Shown here piece by piece: positions 38,064 through 48,265 of a stretch of DNA of 64,000 bases. The stretch comes from Promethearchaeota archaeon. Its GTDB lineage: Archaea; Asgardarchaeota; Lokiarchaeia; Sigyniarchaeales; SOKP01. Numbering within the stretch: position 1 is the stretch's first letter; each line of letters opens with the position of its first letter. The stretch covers positions 1 through 64,000 of the forward strand of contig RDOA01000007.1 of the NCBI GenBank assembly GCA_011364925.1, read 5' to 3'. The notes under the pieces are model-generated. The model ran no database searches, was not told where the DNA came from, and was given only the letters and a program-made list of their open reading frames with translations. A program made the translations under genes and the position numbers.

Positions 38064-38330
38064 CTATAGATTCCCTAAAGGTAAATCTAAATCTACTTCG
38101 GCTGTTTTGAGTTTTTTCATAAATTCTATTGTTCCACGGTCGTTTATCATCAATTCTAAGAAATTCTCGTATAAAGCTTCAATGTTGTCTTGTCCCAAAT
38201 TAAAGTACATGTTTTCAGAAGTGAGAGCTATATTTAGAATATCGTAAAGCCCTTGGATACACTCTTTTATGTTCTCAAAGTTATCAAAGGCTCTCTTGGT
38301 TAATTCAGCTAAACTTTCAGTATTTGTCAC
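38064..38330 (-). CDS. Hypothetical small helical protein
   Basis: 88-aa ORF with protein-like composition, GTG start. Confidence 0.65.
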   Translation of the reverse strand: MTNTESLAELTKRAFDNFENIKECIQGLYDILNIALTSENMYFNLGQDNIEALYENFLELMINDRGTIEFMKKLKTAEVDLDLPLGNL

Positions 38331-38586
38331 CGCTAATTCTTACACCATCAAATCTTAACCTATTAAATAATGAAATTGTTAGAAATTTAAAAATTGCGAG
38401 AAAATTACGGATTTCCGTGACTAAAGAACAAATTTTTTGAAACTCTAAAATGATAATAACCCTAAAGGAGCTAAACCATTTATCTAATAACTCAAGTATA
38501 AATAATTAAAATTTTTTAGATATATATTACCATTCGAATGGAAATTATTGAGTTACAATTTCTAATTACCTCTAATATCATAAAAT

Positions 38587-39630
38587 ATGAGAAAGTTAAT
38601 TGATGCGGTAATTTACACGGATATTCACGATGAATTAGGGCCAGATCCTATTCATTGGGCGCCTCCAGATTTACCTGAATCAATAAGGATGTTAGTGGGA
38701 ATTAAAACAATGACCTTGTTAACGGGAGACCAAGGAACTGTGCCTAATTCCTTATTAATCATTCCATTTCCTTCTTTAAAACTAAAAGGACTAATAAGAT
38801 ACATAGAAAGAGAGGATAGCAGCAAACGGGGTGGTTTTGCGCGATCAGCTATAACGTTCTTATTCAAAGAAGCCGATGATGTAATATTTTACAAGTATAT
38901 GAGCTTTCTTAAAGCTCCATTTGATGAAACCGCAAGAAGGATTATCGAACTTGAGAATAATGAGGTAGAAAAAGAAAAAGTCTTTGAAGAAATCAGCTAC
39001 TTAAGAGATAGTGTAGGTCAATTATTAGATGATTTCAGAGCTAAAGAAATTTCCTTCCCATCTGCTAAAGAATTTCCCGAAAGAATTATAAGAGGGGATA
39101 AGATTGTTGATTATAGATTCAAGCTCGTTGTAGTAGGTGATCCAGGTGTAGGTAAAACTTCAACAATTTTACGCTTTACCGATAATGCATTTTTAAGGAC
39201 ATACGTTCCTACTTTAGGAGTTAGTATTACCGAGAAAATCTTTCAAATCGATGAGAAAGCTGTAGAAGCAATCTTGTGGGACATTGCGGGTCAGAATAAG
39301 TTTCAAACGATGAGGAGGCACTTCTATCAAGGAGCCGAGGCAATCTTACTTATTTTTGACTTAACAAATCGAATCTCTTTTAACAGTATTAAAAATTGGT
39401 ACGAAGATATTATGAAAAATATGGAAAAGCATCATCACCAAATGACTGGCTATATTTTCGGAAATAAAAATGATTTGATTGATGTGCGTAAAGTTAAATT
39501 GGTTGAAGCGTTAGCATTAGCTAAAGAATTAAACTTAAAATACATTGAAACTTCTGCTATGACTGGAAGAAACGTGGAATACGCTTTTTACGACATGGCA
39601 GAAACTGTAATAAAATTAAGAATAGAATAA
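38587..39630 (+). CDS. uDENN/longin-like domain fused to a Rab-like small GTPase
   Basis: GDPGVGKT, YVPTLGV, WDIAGQ, FYQGA, NKND and ETSAM; N-term VIYTDIHDELGPDP; paralog of 3791..4828. Confidence 0.88.
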   Translation: MRKLIDAVIYTDIHDELGPDPIHWAPPDLPESIRMLVGIKTMTLLTGDQGTVPNSLLIIPFPSLKLKGLIRYIEREDSSKRGGFARSAITFLFKEADDVIFYKYMSFLKAPFDETARRIIELENNEVEKEKVFEEISYLRDSVGQLLDDFRAKEISFPSAKEFPERIIRGDKIVDYRFKLVVVGDPGVGKTSTILRFTDNAFLRTYVPTLGVSITEKIFQIDEKAVEAILWDIAGQNKFQTMRRHFYQGAEAILLIFDLTNRISFNSIKNWYEDIMKNMEKHHHQMTGYIFGNKNDLIDVRKVKLVEALALAKELNLKYIETSAMTGRNVEYAFYDMAETVIKLRIE

Positions 39631-39648
39631 GAATAATGGTTAAGAAAT

Positions 39649-40221
39649 ATGGATCTTGAAGAAGTTATATTTAGAAGAAGAACAATTAGGAGATTTAAAC
39701 AGGATCCTATTCCTAGCGAAGAATTAAAAAAGTTAATCGATTACGCTCGAGTAGCACCTGCAGGGAGCAATATTCAATGCGTAGAATACATTCTTGTAGA
39801 AACTCCTTCTATGAGAGAGCAAATGTTTCCTTTAGTTAAATGGGCTTCCTCCCTTCCAAAAGAGGAAAGAACCCCAGAAAGCGGGCGAGAACCAGCAGCG
39901 TATATTATCGTTCTGGTAAACACAGATATTAAAAAATCTTACTTTGACTACGATGTAGGAGCAGCGGTCGAGAACATTTTACTCGGCGCTGTTAACTTTG
40001 GGATAGGATGTTGTTGGATGGGTAACATAAATGCCGGTAAAATCAGGAGATTGCTAGAAATACCCGAAAACTACGAAATCAAGCATGTAATTAGTTTGGG
40101 TTACCCTGACGAAACATCAAAAATGGAACCATATAAGGATTCTTTTAAGTACTGGAAAGAAGGAAACGAAATGCACGTTCCAAAGCGAGATTTAGCTGAT
40201 ATAATTTTTAAGATTTTATAA
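39649..40221 (+). CDS. Nitroreductase-family protein
   Basis: RRRTIRRF, APAGSNIQ, DVGAAVENILL, GIGCCW and LGYP. Confidence 0.92.
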   Translation: MDLEEVIFRRRTIRRFKQDPIPSEELKKLIDYARVAPAGSNIQCVEYILVETPSMREQMFPLVKWASSLPKEERTPESGREPAAYIIVLVNTDIKKSYFDYDVGAAVENILLGAVNFGIGCCWMGNINAGKIRRLLEIPENYEIKHVISLGYPDETSKMEPYKDSFKYWKEGNEMHVPKRDLADIIFKIL

Positions 40222-40393
40222 GAGAAAAAAATTGCCCTCTAAAAATTCTCTCTATCTATTAAAATCATCAGATTGAGATTTTAATAGACTAAAATTACCT
40301 AACCCCACCCTAGATTTTTGTTTTTAGTCTTAAACTAAATTAAAATGTCAAACTATCTTAATATTATATCATTAACGTAAAATTTAAGCTTTA

Positions 40394-40464
40394 TTCACCA
40401 AAATTGAGGAAAACATTCTGGGAACAAATTAATTTATTTAAATACATTCCTCAATGTTGAGGAA
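40394..40464. promoter_or_regulatory. Two palindromic operator-like sites, TTCCTCAA-N2-TTGAGGAA
   Basis: Perfect copy at 40447-40464; near copy TTCACCAA-AA-TTGAGGAA at 40394-40411. Confidence 0.6.
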
Positions 40465-40662
40465 ATAAAAGCTTGTACTCATAATATGTGGCTCAGTTCT
40501 TTAGTTAAATAGAATATTTTACTAACATTAATGAAATATCTGTTTAGCTCAAAGATAAATTTAAATTTGATTAGTCGTATTTATTTATTGCAGATTTACT
40601 AATTTGATTAAGATTTTATCTTTTAATAAAAACAAAAAATCGACTACAAATTACAATTTATT

Positions 40663-41289
40663 ATGAATGATAACAAATCTTCTCAAAAAAAAAAAAAAAC
40701 TAAGCTCCCAACTTTAAAAGAAAATCCTTTTGTGTTTAGAACATTATCGATGCGAGAATTTGAAACACTTCTTATATTACTTCGAAATGACGGAATAGAG
40801 CAATCAATTTTGAAGATTTTAATTGATCAGGAATTTGGTTATGAAAGTGAAACTAAAGGATACGATCACATTCGCATTTTATGTAAAAAAAAGATCAAGG
40901 ATCCCGATAATGCCGAAAAATATATTACGAATCCTAAATGCTTTGCGCAGAAGAAAAAAATCAAAGAAAATGGTAGAAATGTAACAAGAATATATGTTGA
41001 AGCTGAATTTAAGAAGAAGTACGAGAAGTATATGCTTTCCACGATAAGTAATTTAGATGATTCTGTAAATGAAATTATACAAGAATACATCGAAGGAATC
41101 AGAGAAGAAGACAAAGTGCGAGAAAAATTTAAAGCGTATACAGAAACCATTATTTTAGCACTTGGTAAATTAATTTCAGAATCATCGAGTAAAAGTATGA
41201 GCAGTGAGCGCTTTCAGAAAAAAGTTTACGATACAATTATGAGATATTACCGATCTGAAGTATTGAAGTATGAAGTGTTTTCAAGATAA
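40663..41289 (+). CDS. Putative winged-helix DNA-binding protein
   Basis: LSMREFETLLILLRNDGI...KGYDHIRIL...KENGRNVTRIYV helix-helix-helix-wing pattern; C-terminal helical region. Confidence 0.55.
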   Translation: MNDNKSSQKKKKTKLPTLKENPFVFRTLSMREFETLLILLRNDGIEQSILKILIDQEFGYESETKGYDHIRILCKKKIKDPDNAEKYITNPKCFAQKKKIKENGRNVTRIYVEAEFKKKYEKYMLSTISNLDDSVNEIIQEYIEGIREEDKVREKFKAYTETIILALGKLISESSSKSMSSERFQKKVYDTIMRYYRSEVLKYEVFSR

Positions 41290-41469
41290 AAAATAGATTT
41301 TGATCTCTCAAAAATATTGATTTTTTTATTTATATACATAGGACTGCTAGTTTAAATTAACAAAATCTAATAATTTTATAAGAGACAAAATTTTTGAAAC
41401 CATTTTATTTAATATCGAAAAAAAGTTAACACATAATTATAATTCATTTATTTACTCAGACATCAGAAA

Positions 41470-42192
41470 ATGTTGCTTCAAAGTATTCTTATTCAGAGAA
41501 TTACTCTTGTCTTGATGTTCCAGGTATGGCCAATTTTTTTTTTATCGTACCTTGCTTACAAATTGTTAAAGAGAGCAAGAAATAGGGCCACATATTCTCT
41601 GAGTACCGTTTTTATTTTTATCGCATTTGCGTATGCGTTAATCTCATTGTCAGCATTTCTTTTTTTTCTACCTATGTCTTATTTTTTGTATATTGTTGGA
41701 TTGTATTTCTTCGTTTTGGGCAACTGTTTTTTTGTCATTTTTAGTTGGGTGTTGGTAAGACTTGAGGAAAAATCTCCCTATTGGATGTATTCGTTGTGGG
41801 TCACATTTTATGGAGTACTCTCTTCATATATTATATTATTAGGATATTTCTTTGACGGGATTAGATATGATTCTAGTACGGGATGGATTCCGACTTATAA
41901 CTGGTTTTTTTTAGCGTTAAGTTGGTTAATTTTCTCGGTTTTTATAGTAATTCCTCAGATTCCTCTTTCAATTAGGTTAATAAAAGTTTTTGAAGGTAAA
42001 GTTTTAAAAAAGAGAATATATTGGTATTTAATTTGCGTATTTTTTGAATTTAGTCTGGCATTTGCTGCATTTCTCTATAACACGTGGGTAGATAATCAAA
42101 TTTATAGGTTCGTTTATGTGTTTATTTTTCCCCCTTTAGGTTCGATCGGAGCATATCTAATTTACCGGAGTTTTATCAAAGAATTAGACTAG
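41470..42192 (+). CDS. Seven-TM membrane protein (stand-alone, HisKA_7TM-like)
   Basis: Seven hydrophobic segments; tandem paralog of the next gene (QVWPIF, GIRYD, WIPTY, FLYNTW.DNQIYR shared). Confidence 0.78.
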   Translation: MLLQSILIQRITLVLMFQVWPIFFLSYLAYKLLKRARNRATYSLSTVFIFIAFAYALISLSAFLFFLPMSYFLYIVGLYFFVLGNCFFVIFSWVLVRLEEKSPYWMYSLWVTFYGVLSSYIILLGYFFDGIRYDSSTGWIPTYNWFFLALSWLIFSVFIVIPQIPLSIRLIKVFEGKVLKKRIYWYLICVFFEFSLAFAAFLYNTWVDNQIYRFVYVFIFPPLGSIGAYLIYRSFIKELD

Positions 42193-42278
42193 GCGCCTAT
42201 AAATTATGTCCAAGCTTTTTTAACTCTTAAAAAGTTATCTTTAAATTATTGATAGTTTAATTATTATAAAGAGACAAA

Positions 42279-42998
42279 ATGCTTCTTCAAGATGCTCTTA
42301 CTCAAAGAATAATTATTGTTTTAATTGTTCAAGTTTGGCCAATTTTTTATGGGTCAATTTTAGCTTATAAAATATTAAAACGTAGAAAAAATCGGTCGAC
42401 CTATACACTTGCTACCCCTTTTATTTTAAATTCCATAACATATTTCTTAGCTACACTTTCAATCCTTTTTCTAAATACACCCTTCGCATACATCTTATAT
42501 ATAACTGGAATATATTTTTACGCATACTGCCATTGTTTTTTCATTATTTTAAGTTGGATTTTAGTAAGACTAGATGACCAAGCTCCCTTTTGGAAATTCA
42601 TCTTAATTGTTTCTTTTTATGGAATTATCTCAACTTACGTTTTTTGGATTGGATTTTATTTTAAAGGGATACGCTATGATGCGAGTACAACATGGATACC
42701 TACTTATAGTCTGTTTTTTCTCCTCTTCAGTTGGAGCTTTTTAGTAATTTTTATACTTATACCCCAAATCTATTTCTCATTTAAATTAAAAAAAATATTT
42801 GAAGGTGCAACATTAAGGCGTAGAATTAACATGTATTTAGTTAGTTTTTATTTAGAATTTCTTGTAGTCTTTTCAGTATTTCTATATAATACTTGGATAG
42901 ACAACCAGATTTACCGAATATTTTATCTTGTAATAATGCCAGCAACTTCAACCATTGCCGCCTTTTTAGTCTATAAAGGGTTTGGTAAAAATCTATAA
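42279..42998 (+). CDS. Seven-TM membrane protein (tandem paralog)
   Basis: Seven hydrophobic segments; colinear with 41470..42192. Confidence 0.78.
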   Translation: MLLQDALTQRIIIVLIVQVWPIFYGSILAYKILKRRKNRSTYTLATPFILNSITYFLATLSILFLNTPFAYILYITGIYFYAYCHCFFIILSWILVRLDDQAPFWKFILIVSFYGIISTYVFWIGFYFKGIRYDASTTWIPTYSLFFLLFSWSFLVIFILIPQIYFSFKLKKIFEGATLRRRINMYLVSFYLEFLVVFSVFLYNTWIDNQIYRIFYLVIMPATSTIAAFLVYKGFGKNL

Positions 42999-43000
42999 GA

Positions 43001-43717
43001 TTAGCTTAGATACTTTAAAGCTACTTCTGTAGAATTCTTAGCTTCCTCAACAGAAACCATTCCAATAGTGACACAACAAATATTATGGTGAGAAATATAA
43101 TCATAAGCTTGGTTCACATCTAATTTTCCGGCTGCTAGAGTCTTCATGCCAATAAAGTATTTATCTTTGTTCTCGTTTACAATGCCTTCTAACTTAGTTG
43201 GATTTCCCATCAAGAATCCTTTGGCATTAAAGGGAATTAAAAATGTCTTTACAGAGGGAAGGTTTTCGAATGCATATTCCAAAGTGGGAATAGGATTATG
43301 AACCGCTATCCCCGGAATTATACCTAGTGATTCAATATCATTAATTAATTTTCCTAATATCTCATCTTTTCGATCTGAAATCATTCCATGGGCAAAAATT
43401 ATCTTTGCGTCAAGAGCTGCTAAAACATCAATCATCGGATCAGGACCTGGATATGTAGACCCAGTTATAATAAAGTCGTCGTGAGTTTCTGCCATAGTTT
43501 TTGCAGCTTCACCAACTTTTCCTGCCGGAACCAACTCAATTCCACGTCCTCCAGCCTCATAACTAGCATTTAATATTTCTAAAACAGCATCCTTATCGTT
43601 TAGAAATTTCTTACGATAAAACCACGCATTTACACCAAATTGTCCAGCTCCTAAAAAGGGGGAAGTTCCAACAGATACAAGTGGGATTTTCTTTCCGTCT
43701 ATCTCGTAAAAAATAAT
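43001..43717 (-). CDS. Conserved archaeal hypothetical protein (aldo/keto-reductase-like barrel); probable ATT start
   Basis: Frame extends 61 codons upstream of the track's TTG (IIFYEIDGKKIPLVSVGTSPFLGAGQFG...GGRGIE) to an in-frame TAG; C-term IGMKTLAAGKL. Confidence 0.72.
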   Translation of the reverse strand: MIFYEIDGKKIPLVSVGTSPFLGAGQFGVNAWFYRKKFLNDKDAVLEILNASYEAGGRGIELVPAGKVGEAAKTMAETHDDFIITGSTYPGPDPMIDVLAALDAKIIFAHGMISDRKDEILGKLINDIESLGIIPGIAVHNPIPTLEYAFENLPSVKTFLIPFNAKGFLMGNPTKLEGIVNENKDKYFIGMKTLAAGKLDVNQAYDYISHHNICCVTIGMVSVEEAKNSTEVALKYLS

Positions 43718-43865
43718 CTAACCACCATAAAGTTTTATATTTTTTAGCAAAATTTTTCAATCATTATAAACCTTTATGTGAATTTGATTAATCACCTAAT
43801 TAATAAAAAGTATAAAAATTCTACAATCTAAATTATATTAATTCTCAAATAAAGGTAACAAAAAA

Positions 43866-45704
43866 ATGACAGATCCAAATGCGATAAAGAACAATCCATT
43901 TATAGAGTTAGGTGAGATCCCCGAAAAAAAGTATAAAGAGGGGTATATCATTGAAACAGCTTATATTACAGTACGGGATGGAGTGAAGATTGCTGCTACA
44001 ATTTGTCTTCCTAAAGGACTTCCTCCCAACGCTAAAATTCCTACTGTTTTAACTCAAACTAGATATTGGAGAGCTATGGAATTACGAATTCCGTTTAGGT
44101 GGATCCTTGATAGTATGGTACCGAACGCTCCAAATCCAGAAGTTGTAACTAGTCGGGGTTATGCCCTTATATACACTGATGTTCGTGGAACGGGAGCTTC
44201 AACGGGATCAAGAACTACTCCTTTTTCTGAAGAGGAAGTTAAAGACGGATACGATATTGTGGAGTGGATTATTGCTCAACCTTGGTCAGATGGAAATGTG
44301 GTCTCCAAAGGTATTTCTTATACAGGAATTACGGCAGAAATGTTTGCGAGGAACTTGCATCCAGCAATTAAAGCAGTAATTCCCGGTCATGGATTTTGGG
44401 ATCCATATACAGATGTTGCGTTTCCCGGTGGATGTTTTGACTATGGTTTCATTCAGATGTGGTCGTTTATTGGCAAGAATCTAGATTTAAACAACCCTAA
44501 AGTATTTAGGCAAGTCATGCCCGATGCGTGGCTGGTTGTGAAGGGCGTAAAATCCGTTAAATCAGATAAAGATTTAGAATTGTTGAATGAAGCAATAACA
44601 CAGCATAAATCTAATCAATATGTTTACGAACATACTCTTGATAAGAGTTATCGAGACGATCAAATTTTAGACGGTTCTTCTTTTGATGACTTCAGCGTTT
44701 TCGCCCATAAACAAGAAATCGCGCGTTCTAATCTACCAATTCTTGCTTGGTGTTCGTGGTTAGATTCTGGTTATGGAGATGCTATTATCCATAGATTCAT
44801 GAATACTCCTAATCCTCATATTGCTATTTTAGGCGATTGGAGTCATGGAGCAATTCTACCTGCGAATCAATTTTTTCCTAACAGAACTACAGTAACTCCT
44901 GCACCAAGAGATAAGGTGAATGCTTGGATTAATTTCTATGACAAGTGTATTTACGGTGAAGGTATCCAAGGAAAAGTGATATATTATTATACCTTAGTTG
45001 AGGAAAAATGGAAAAAATCTAATGTTTGGCCACCATTTGGGCATAATTACCAAAAATGGTATTTTTCTGATAATTTTACATTAACTCAAGAAAAACCTGA
45101 GAGCACTGTTGGAGAAGACTCGTATAAAGTTAATTTTCGCGCAACAACGGGGAGAAATAACCGATGGTGGGCTTTATTAGGGCTTCCGATAACCTACGAA
45201 AATAGAGCGAAAGTCGATGAAAAGTTAATATGCTACACCAGCCAACCATTAGAAAGCGATACTGAAATTACTGGGCAAATAATACTTTGTTTATATCTGA
45301 AATCAACGCACGATGATGGGTCAATTTTCGCCTATTTCGAGGATGTAGACGAGAACGGTAAGATCACTTATATAACAGATGGTGAATTTCGAGTAATTCA
45401 CAGAAAAATTTTAACTGAGAATCCCCCTTACAAAATATTGATTCCATATCATAGCTACAAAAAAGAGGATGCCGCTCCTCTCGTTCCGGGGGAAATAACA
45501 GAGATAAAGTTTGGATTACACTCAACTTCAGTTCTCATAAAAAAGGGTCATCGAATTAAGATTGGTATTGCTGGTGCAGATAAAGATACCTTCATCAGGT
45601 ATCCTGCTGAAGGAAGACCGACAATCACTATTTCGAGAAATAGTACCTATGCTTCATATCTTGAGATTCCAATTATCAAAAAACAACAGGAGGGTGAAAA
45701 ATAA
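43866..45704 (+). CDS. CocE/NonD-family serine hydrolase (peptidase S15)
   Basis: VRDGVKIA, DVRGTGASTG, QPWSDGNV, GISY nucleophile motif and GHRIKIGIAGAD. Confidence 0.92.
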   Translation: MTDPNAIKNNPFIELGEIPEKKYKEGYIIETAYITVRDGVKIAATICLPKGLPPNAKIPTVLTQTRYWRAMELRIPFRWILDSMVPNAPNPEVVTSRGYALIYTDVRGTGASTGSRTTPFSEEEVKDGYDIVEWIIAQPWSDGNVVSKGISYTGITAEMFARNLHPAIKAVIPGHGFWDPYTDVAFPGGCFDYGFIQMWSFIGKNLDLNNPKVFRQVMPDAWLVVKGVKSVKSDKDLELLNEAITQHKSNQYVYEHTLDKSYRDDQILDGSSFDDFSVFAHKQEIARSNLPILAWCSWLDSGYGDAIIHRFMNTPNPHIAILGDWSHGAILPANQFFPNRTTVTPAPRDKVNAWINFYDKCIYGEGIQGKVIYYYTLVEEKWKKSNVWPPFGHNYQKWYFSDNFTLTQEKPESTVGEDSYKVNFRATTGRNNRWWALLGLPITYENRAKVDEKLICYTSQPLESDTEITGQIILCLYLKSTHDDGSIFAYFEDVDENGKITYITDGEFRVIHRKILTENPPYKILIPYHSYKKEDAAPLVPGEITEIKFGLHSTSVLIKKGHRIKIGIAGADKDTFIRYPAEGRPTITISRNSTYASYLEIPIIKKQQEGEK

Positions 45705-46063
45705 TGGAAGAATTACTACCCAGTCTAAAAGGAATGCTTAAAGAAGCGATAGACATCGATAATGATGCATTAAATTTAACGATCACATTAACAGTTAAAA
45801 ACAAAATTAATGGAGTTATCGCTGAGCCCGAAGAAGTCGGTATAATGTTGAAAATGTATGGCGGTTTAACAGAAGAAATCCCGATGGAAATCAATATAGA
45901 CAATGAGAATCAAAAAATCATTTTAAAGTTCAAAAATGAAGAAGATTTTATGGAAATCGCTGAAATTTTTAAGAAAATATGGGATAACGCTATTGATCTG
46001 CTTTATCAAGCAATAAAAAGCGATTTTAGTCGCATTAAAAACATCCCTGATATCGACGATTAA
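45704..46063 (+). CDS. Hypothetical acidic protein
   Basis: TAATG stop/start overlap with the upstream gene; SD GAGGGTGA. Confidence 0.75.
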   Translation: MEELLPSLKGMLKEAIDIDNDALNLTITLTVKNKINGVIAEPEEVGIMLKMYGGLTEEIPMEINIDNENQKIILKFKNEEDFMEIAEIFKKIWDNAIDLLYQAIKSDFSRIKNIPDIDD

Positions 46064-46072
46064 ACTTTTTTT

Positions 46073-47065
46073 TTACTTTTTCTTTATTAATTGGCTTGAA
46101 GTCTGAGAATCTTTTTGTAATACTTCAAAAAATTTTGATAAATCGATATTGCCACCACTGATTATTAATCCAACTTTTTTATTCTTTATTAATGATGGTT
46201 CGATGTTGCCTGATAATAATCCTGCTAAAGGTACTGCCCCTGAAGGTTCTACAACGAGTTTCATGCGTTCCCAATAGAATTTCATAGCGTCAATAATTTG
46301 CTCTTCAGAAACGGTAACGATATCATCGACATATTCTTGAATTATTGGAAATGTCTTTTCTCCTACAGAAGTCCTTAATCCATCTGCAATTGTATTTGCG
46401 TTTACAACTGGTAAGCGCATTCCCGATTGAAATGAACGATAGGCATCATCCGCGTTTTTGGGTTCTATACCTATAACTTTTATTCTTGGAAGTAATCCTT
46501 TTGCTGCAATCGAGCACCCACTAATCAAACCACCACCTCCTATTGGAACAAGTAATAAGTCGATTGGTTTTATCGAAGTTAAAAATTCGTACGCAGTCGT
46601 ACCAGCTCCAAATATAACGTTGTAATCATCGAAAGGATGAACTAACCTGTAACCGTATTGTTCCACGAGTTCTTCAGCCATCTTAGCTCGATCACCAGGA
46701 TTATTTCCACAGAATATTACATCTGCTCCATAACCTTTAGTAGCTTGGATTTTGGAAGGAGTTGCATTATTCGGCATAATTATCGTAGCCTTTATTTTCA
46801 GCATTGCAGATACTAAAGCAACAGCTTGAGCGAAATTTCCCGAAGAGTGAGCTATAATCCCTTTTTTTCTCTCATCATTCGATATGTGGCTAATCACGTT
46901 CCACGCTCCTCTAAACTTAAAGGAACCTGTACGTTGAAAGTTCTCGCACTTAACAATTACATCTTTTGCGCCTGTAATTGAATCTAAAGTCCTACTAGTC
47001 ATAACTGGTGTTGCATTTGCCACATATGAGATTAACTTAGCTGCGTTTTTAATACTTTTAAAAAT
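46073..47065 (-). CDS. PLP-dependent threonine/serine dehydratase (serine racemase-like); probable ATT start
   Basis: KCENFQRTGSFKFRGA, SSGNFAQ, PIGGGGLISG, TIADGL and ISGGN; N-terminal helix IFKSIKNAAKLI lies upstream of GTG 47023. Confidence 0.9.
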   Translation of the reverse strand: MFKSIKNAAKLISYVANATPVMTSRTLDSITGAKDVIVKCENFQRTGSFKFRGAWNVISHISNDERKKGIIAHSSGNFAQAVALVSAMLKIKATIIMPNNATPSKIQATKGYGADVIFCGNNPGDRAKMAEELVEQYGYRLVHPFDDYNVIFGAGTTAYEFLTSIKPIDLLLVPIGGGGLISGCSIAAKGLLPRIKVIGIEPKNADDAYRSFQSGMRLPVVNANTIADGLRTSVGEKTFPIIQEYVDDIVTVSEEQIIDAMKFYWERMKLVVEPSGAVPLAGLLSGNIEPSLIKNKKVGLIISGGNIDLSKFFEVLQKDSQTSSQLIKKK

Positions 47066-47167
47066 TTAAATCAACTCGCTATTTAGTTTAAAGGACAATT
47101 TGATTGTATTAATTAGTATAATAATATTAGTAATCTTAAAAAAAATGTTAATATGAGTTGAGAGCTT

Positions 47168-48265
47168 TTATTGCTGTTGAGCTAGTTGTAGGGGAGGAAT
47201 AAATACTTCCCGAAGCCCAGTTCTTTCTAATTTCCTTGCTTTCTCAGGGCAATGATGAGCACAGAGGCCACAACCTATACATTTATTAAGAATTGTTGAG
47301 GAAAGAGCATCTACTAATTCAATTGCGTCTATTGGGCATTTGCTTATGCAAGTTCCACATCCTGTGCATTTATTTTTATTGACTCTTGCGATATAGTAAG
47401 TTAAAGTATGAAAAGGGAGTATTCCTCTCTTATATAGTTGGAAAAACTGACAGCAACAATCACAACAGTTACAAAATGCATTTTCTTCTTGGTCTGGATT
47501 TTTCAGATGAATAGCTTTGTGGATAAGCCCATCTTCTTCAGCTTCTTTCAAGATTTCTAAGGCTTTTGCTTTAGATATTAGGGTACTAAACTTGTGATCT
47601 ATAAGAAATTGAGCGTATCTTCCGAATTGAAAGCAACATAATTTCGGGCTTTCTAATTTACATTCTTGTTGTAAGTTATTTTTCCAATTTCTACAATAAC
47701 AATAATTAACAGCTATAATTTCATTTCTTTCTATAATACTTTTAGCGTTTTCATAAGGTAATACTACATCTCGATATGCTTCGACTTCTTTATTAACAGG
47801 AACAACTCTATCTATTGGTTTACGAGCCTTAAACTGCTCTACAATTACATTATAATTACTTTGAGTCAAGTCCCTTAACTCATCTAATAATTTATCTATC
47901 TGTTTAGCTACTTCCTTCTGCTTATTGCCTTGTTCACCTCTCATAAAAGGATATTCAATAAGCCCTGGAAGGATTGAGATTAATGAGTATACCATACTTC
48001 CCGTACTCCTACTTGGAATTCCCATTATTATTCCATTATCCATTAATTCATTGAGCATCTTTTTTAGTTCTAGATCGTTTAACTCAGTTTTAGATTTAAT
48101 CTGTTCCAAATTTAACGACCGTTTCCTAAAGAGTGACAGAAATTTTGCTTGATCTTCATTTACTAAAGTCTGAATTAGCTTAATTAATGTATCACTTATG
48201 GGGATAGGTGCACCTCCAGCATTAACAAAATTTCTCGCAACTTTTTGCCATAATTTCTCTGAAAT
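47168..48265 (-). CDS. Cys-rich protein with C-terminal 2x[4Fe-4S] ferredoxin domain; probable ATT start
   Basis: CYCR, CNCCDCCC, CTGCGTCISKCP and CIGCGLCAHHCP; the upstream extension ISEKLWQKVARNFVNAGG...ISDTLIKL aligns with the N-terminus of paralog 57574..58728. Confidence 0.85.
   Translation of the reverse strand: MSEKLWQKVARNFVNAGGAPIPISDTLIKLIQTLVNEDQAKFLSLFRKRSLNLEQIKSKTELNDLELKKMLNELMDNGIIMGIPSRSTGSMVYSLISILPGLIEYPFMRGEQGNKQKEVAKQIDKLLDELRDLTQSNYNVIVEQFKARKPIDRVVPVNKEVEAYRDVVLPYENAKSIIERNEIIAVNYCYCRNWKNNLQQECKLESPKLCCFQFGRYAQFLIDHKFSTLISKAKALEILKEAEEDGLIHKAIHLKNPDQEENAFCNCCDCCCQFFQLYKRGILPFHTLTYYIARVNKNKCTGCGTCISKCPIDAIELVDALSSTILNKCIGCGLCAHHCPEKARKLERTGLREVFIPPLQLAQQQ

Noticed and set aside
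41470-42998. Rhodopsins (helio- or schizorhodopsin)
   Set aside because: No retinal-binding Lys in TM7 and no RYxDW-like TM3 motif
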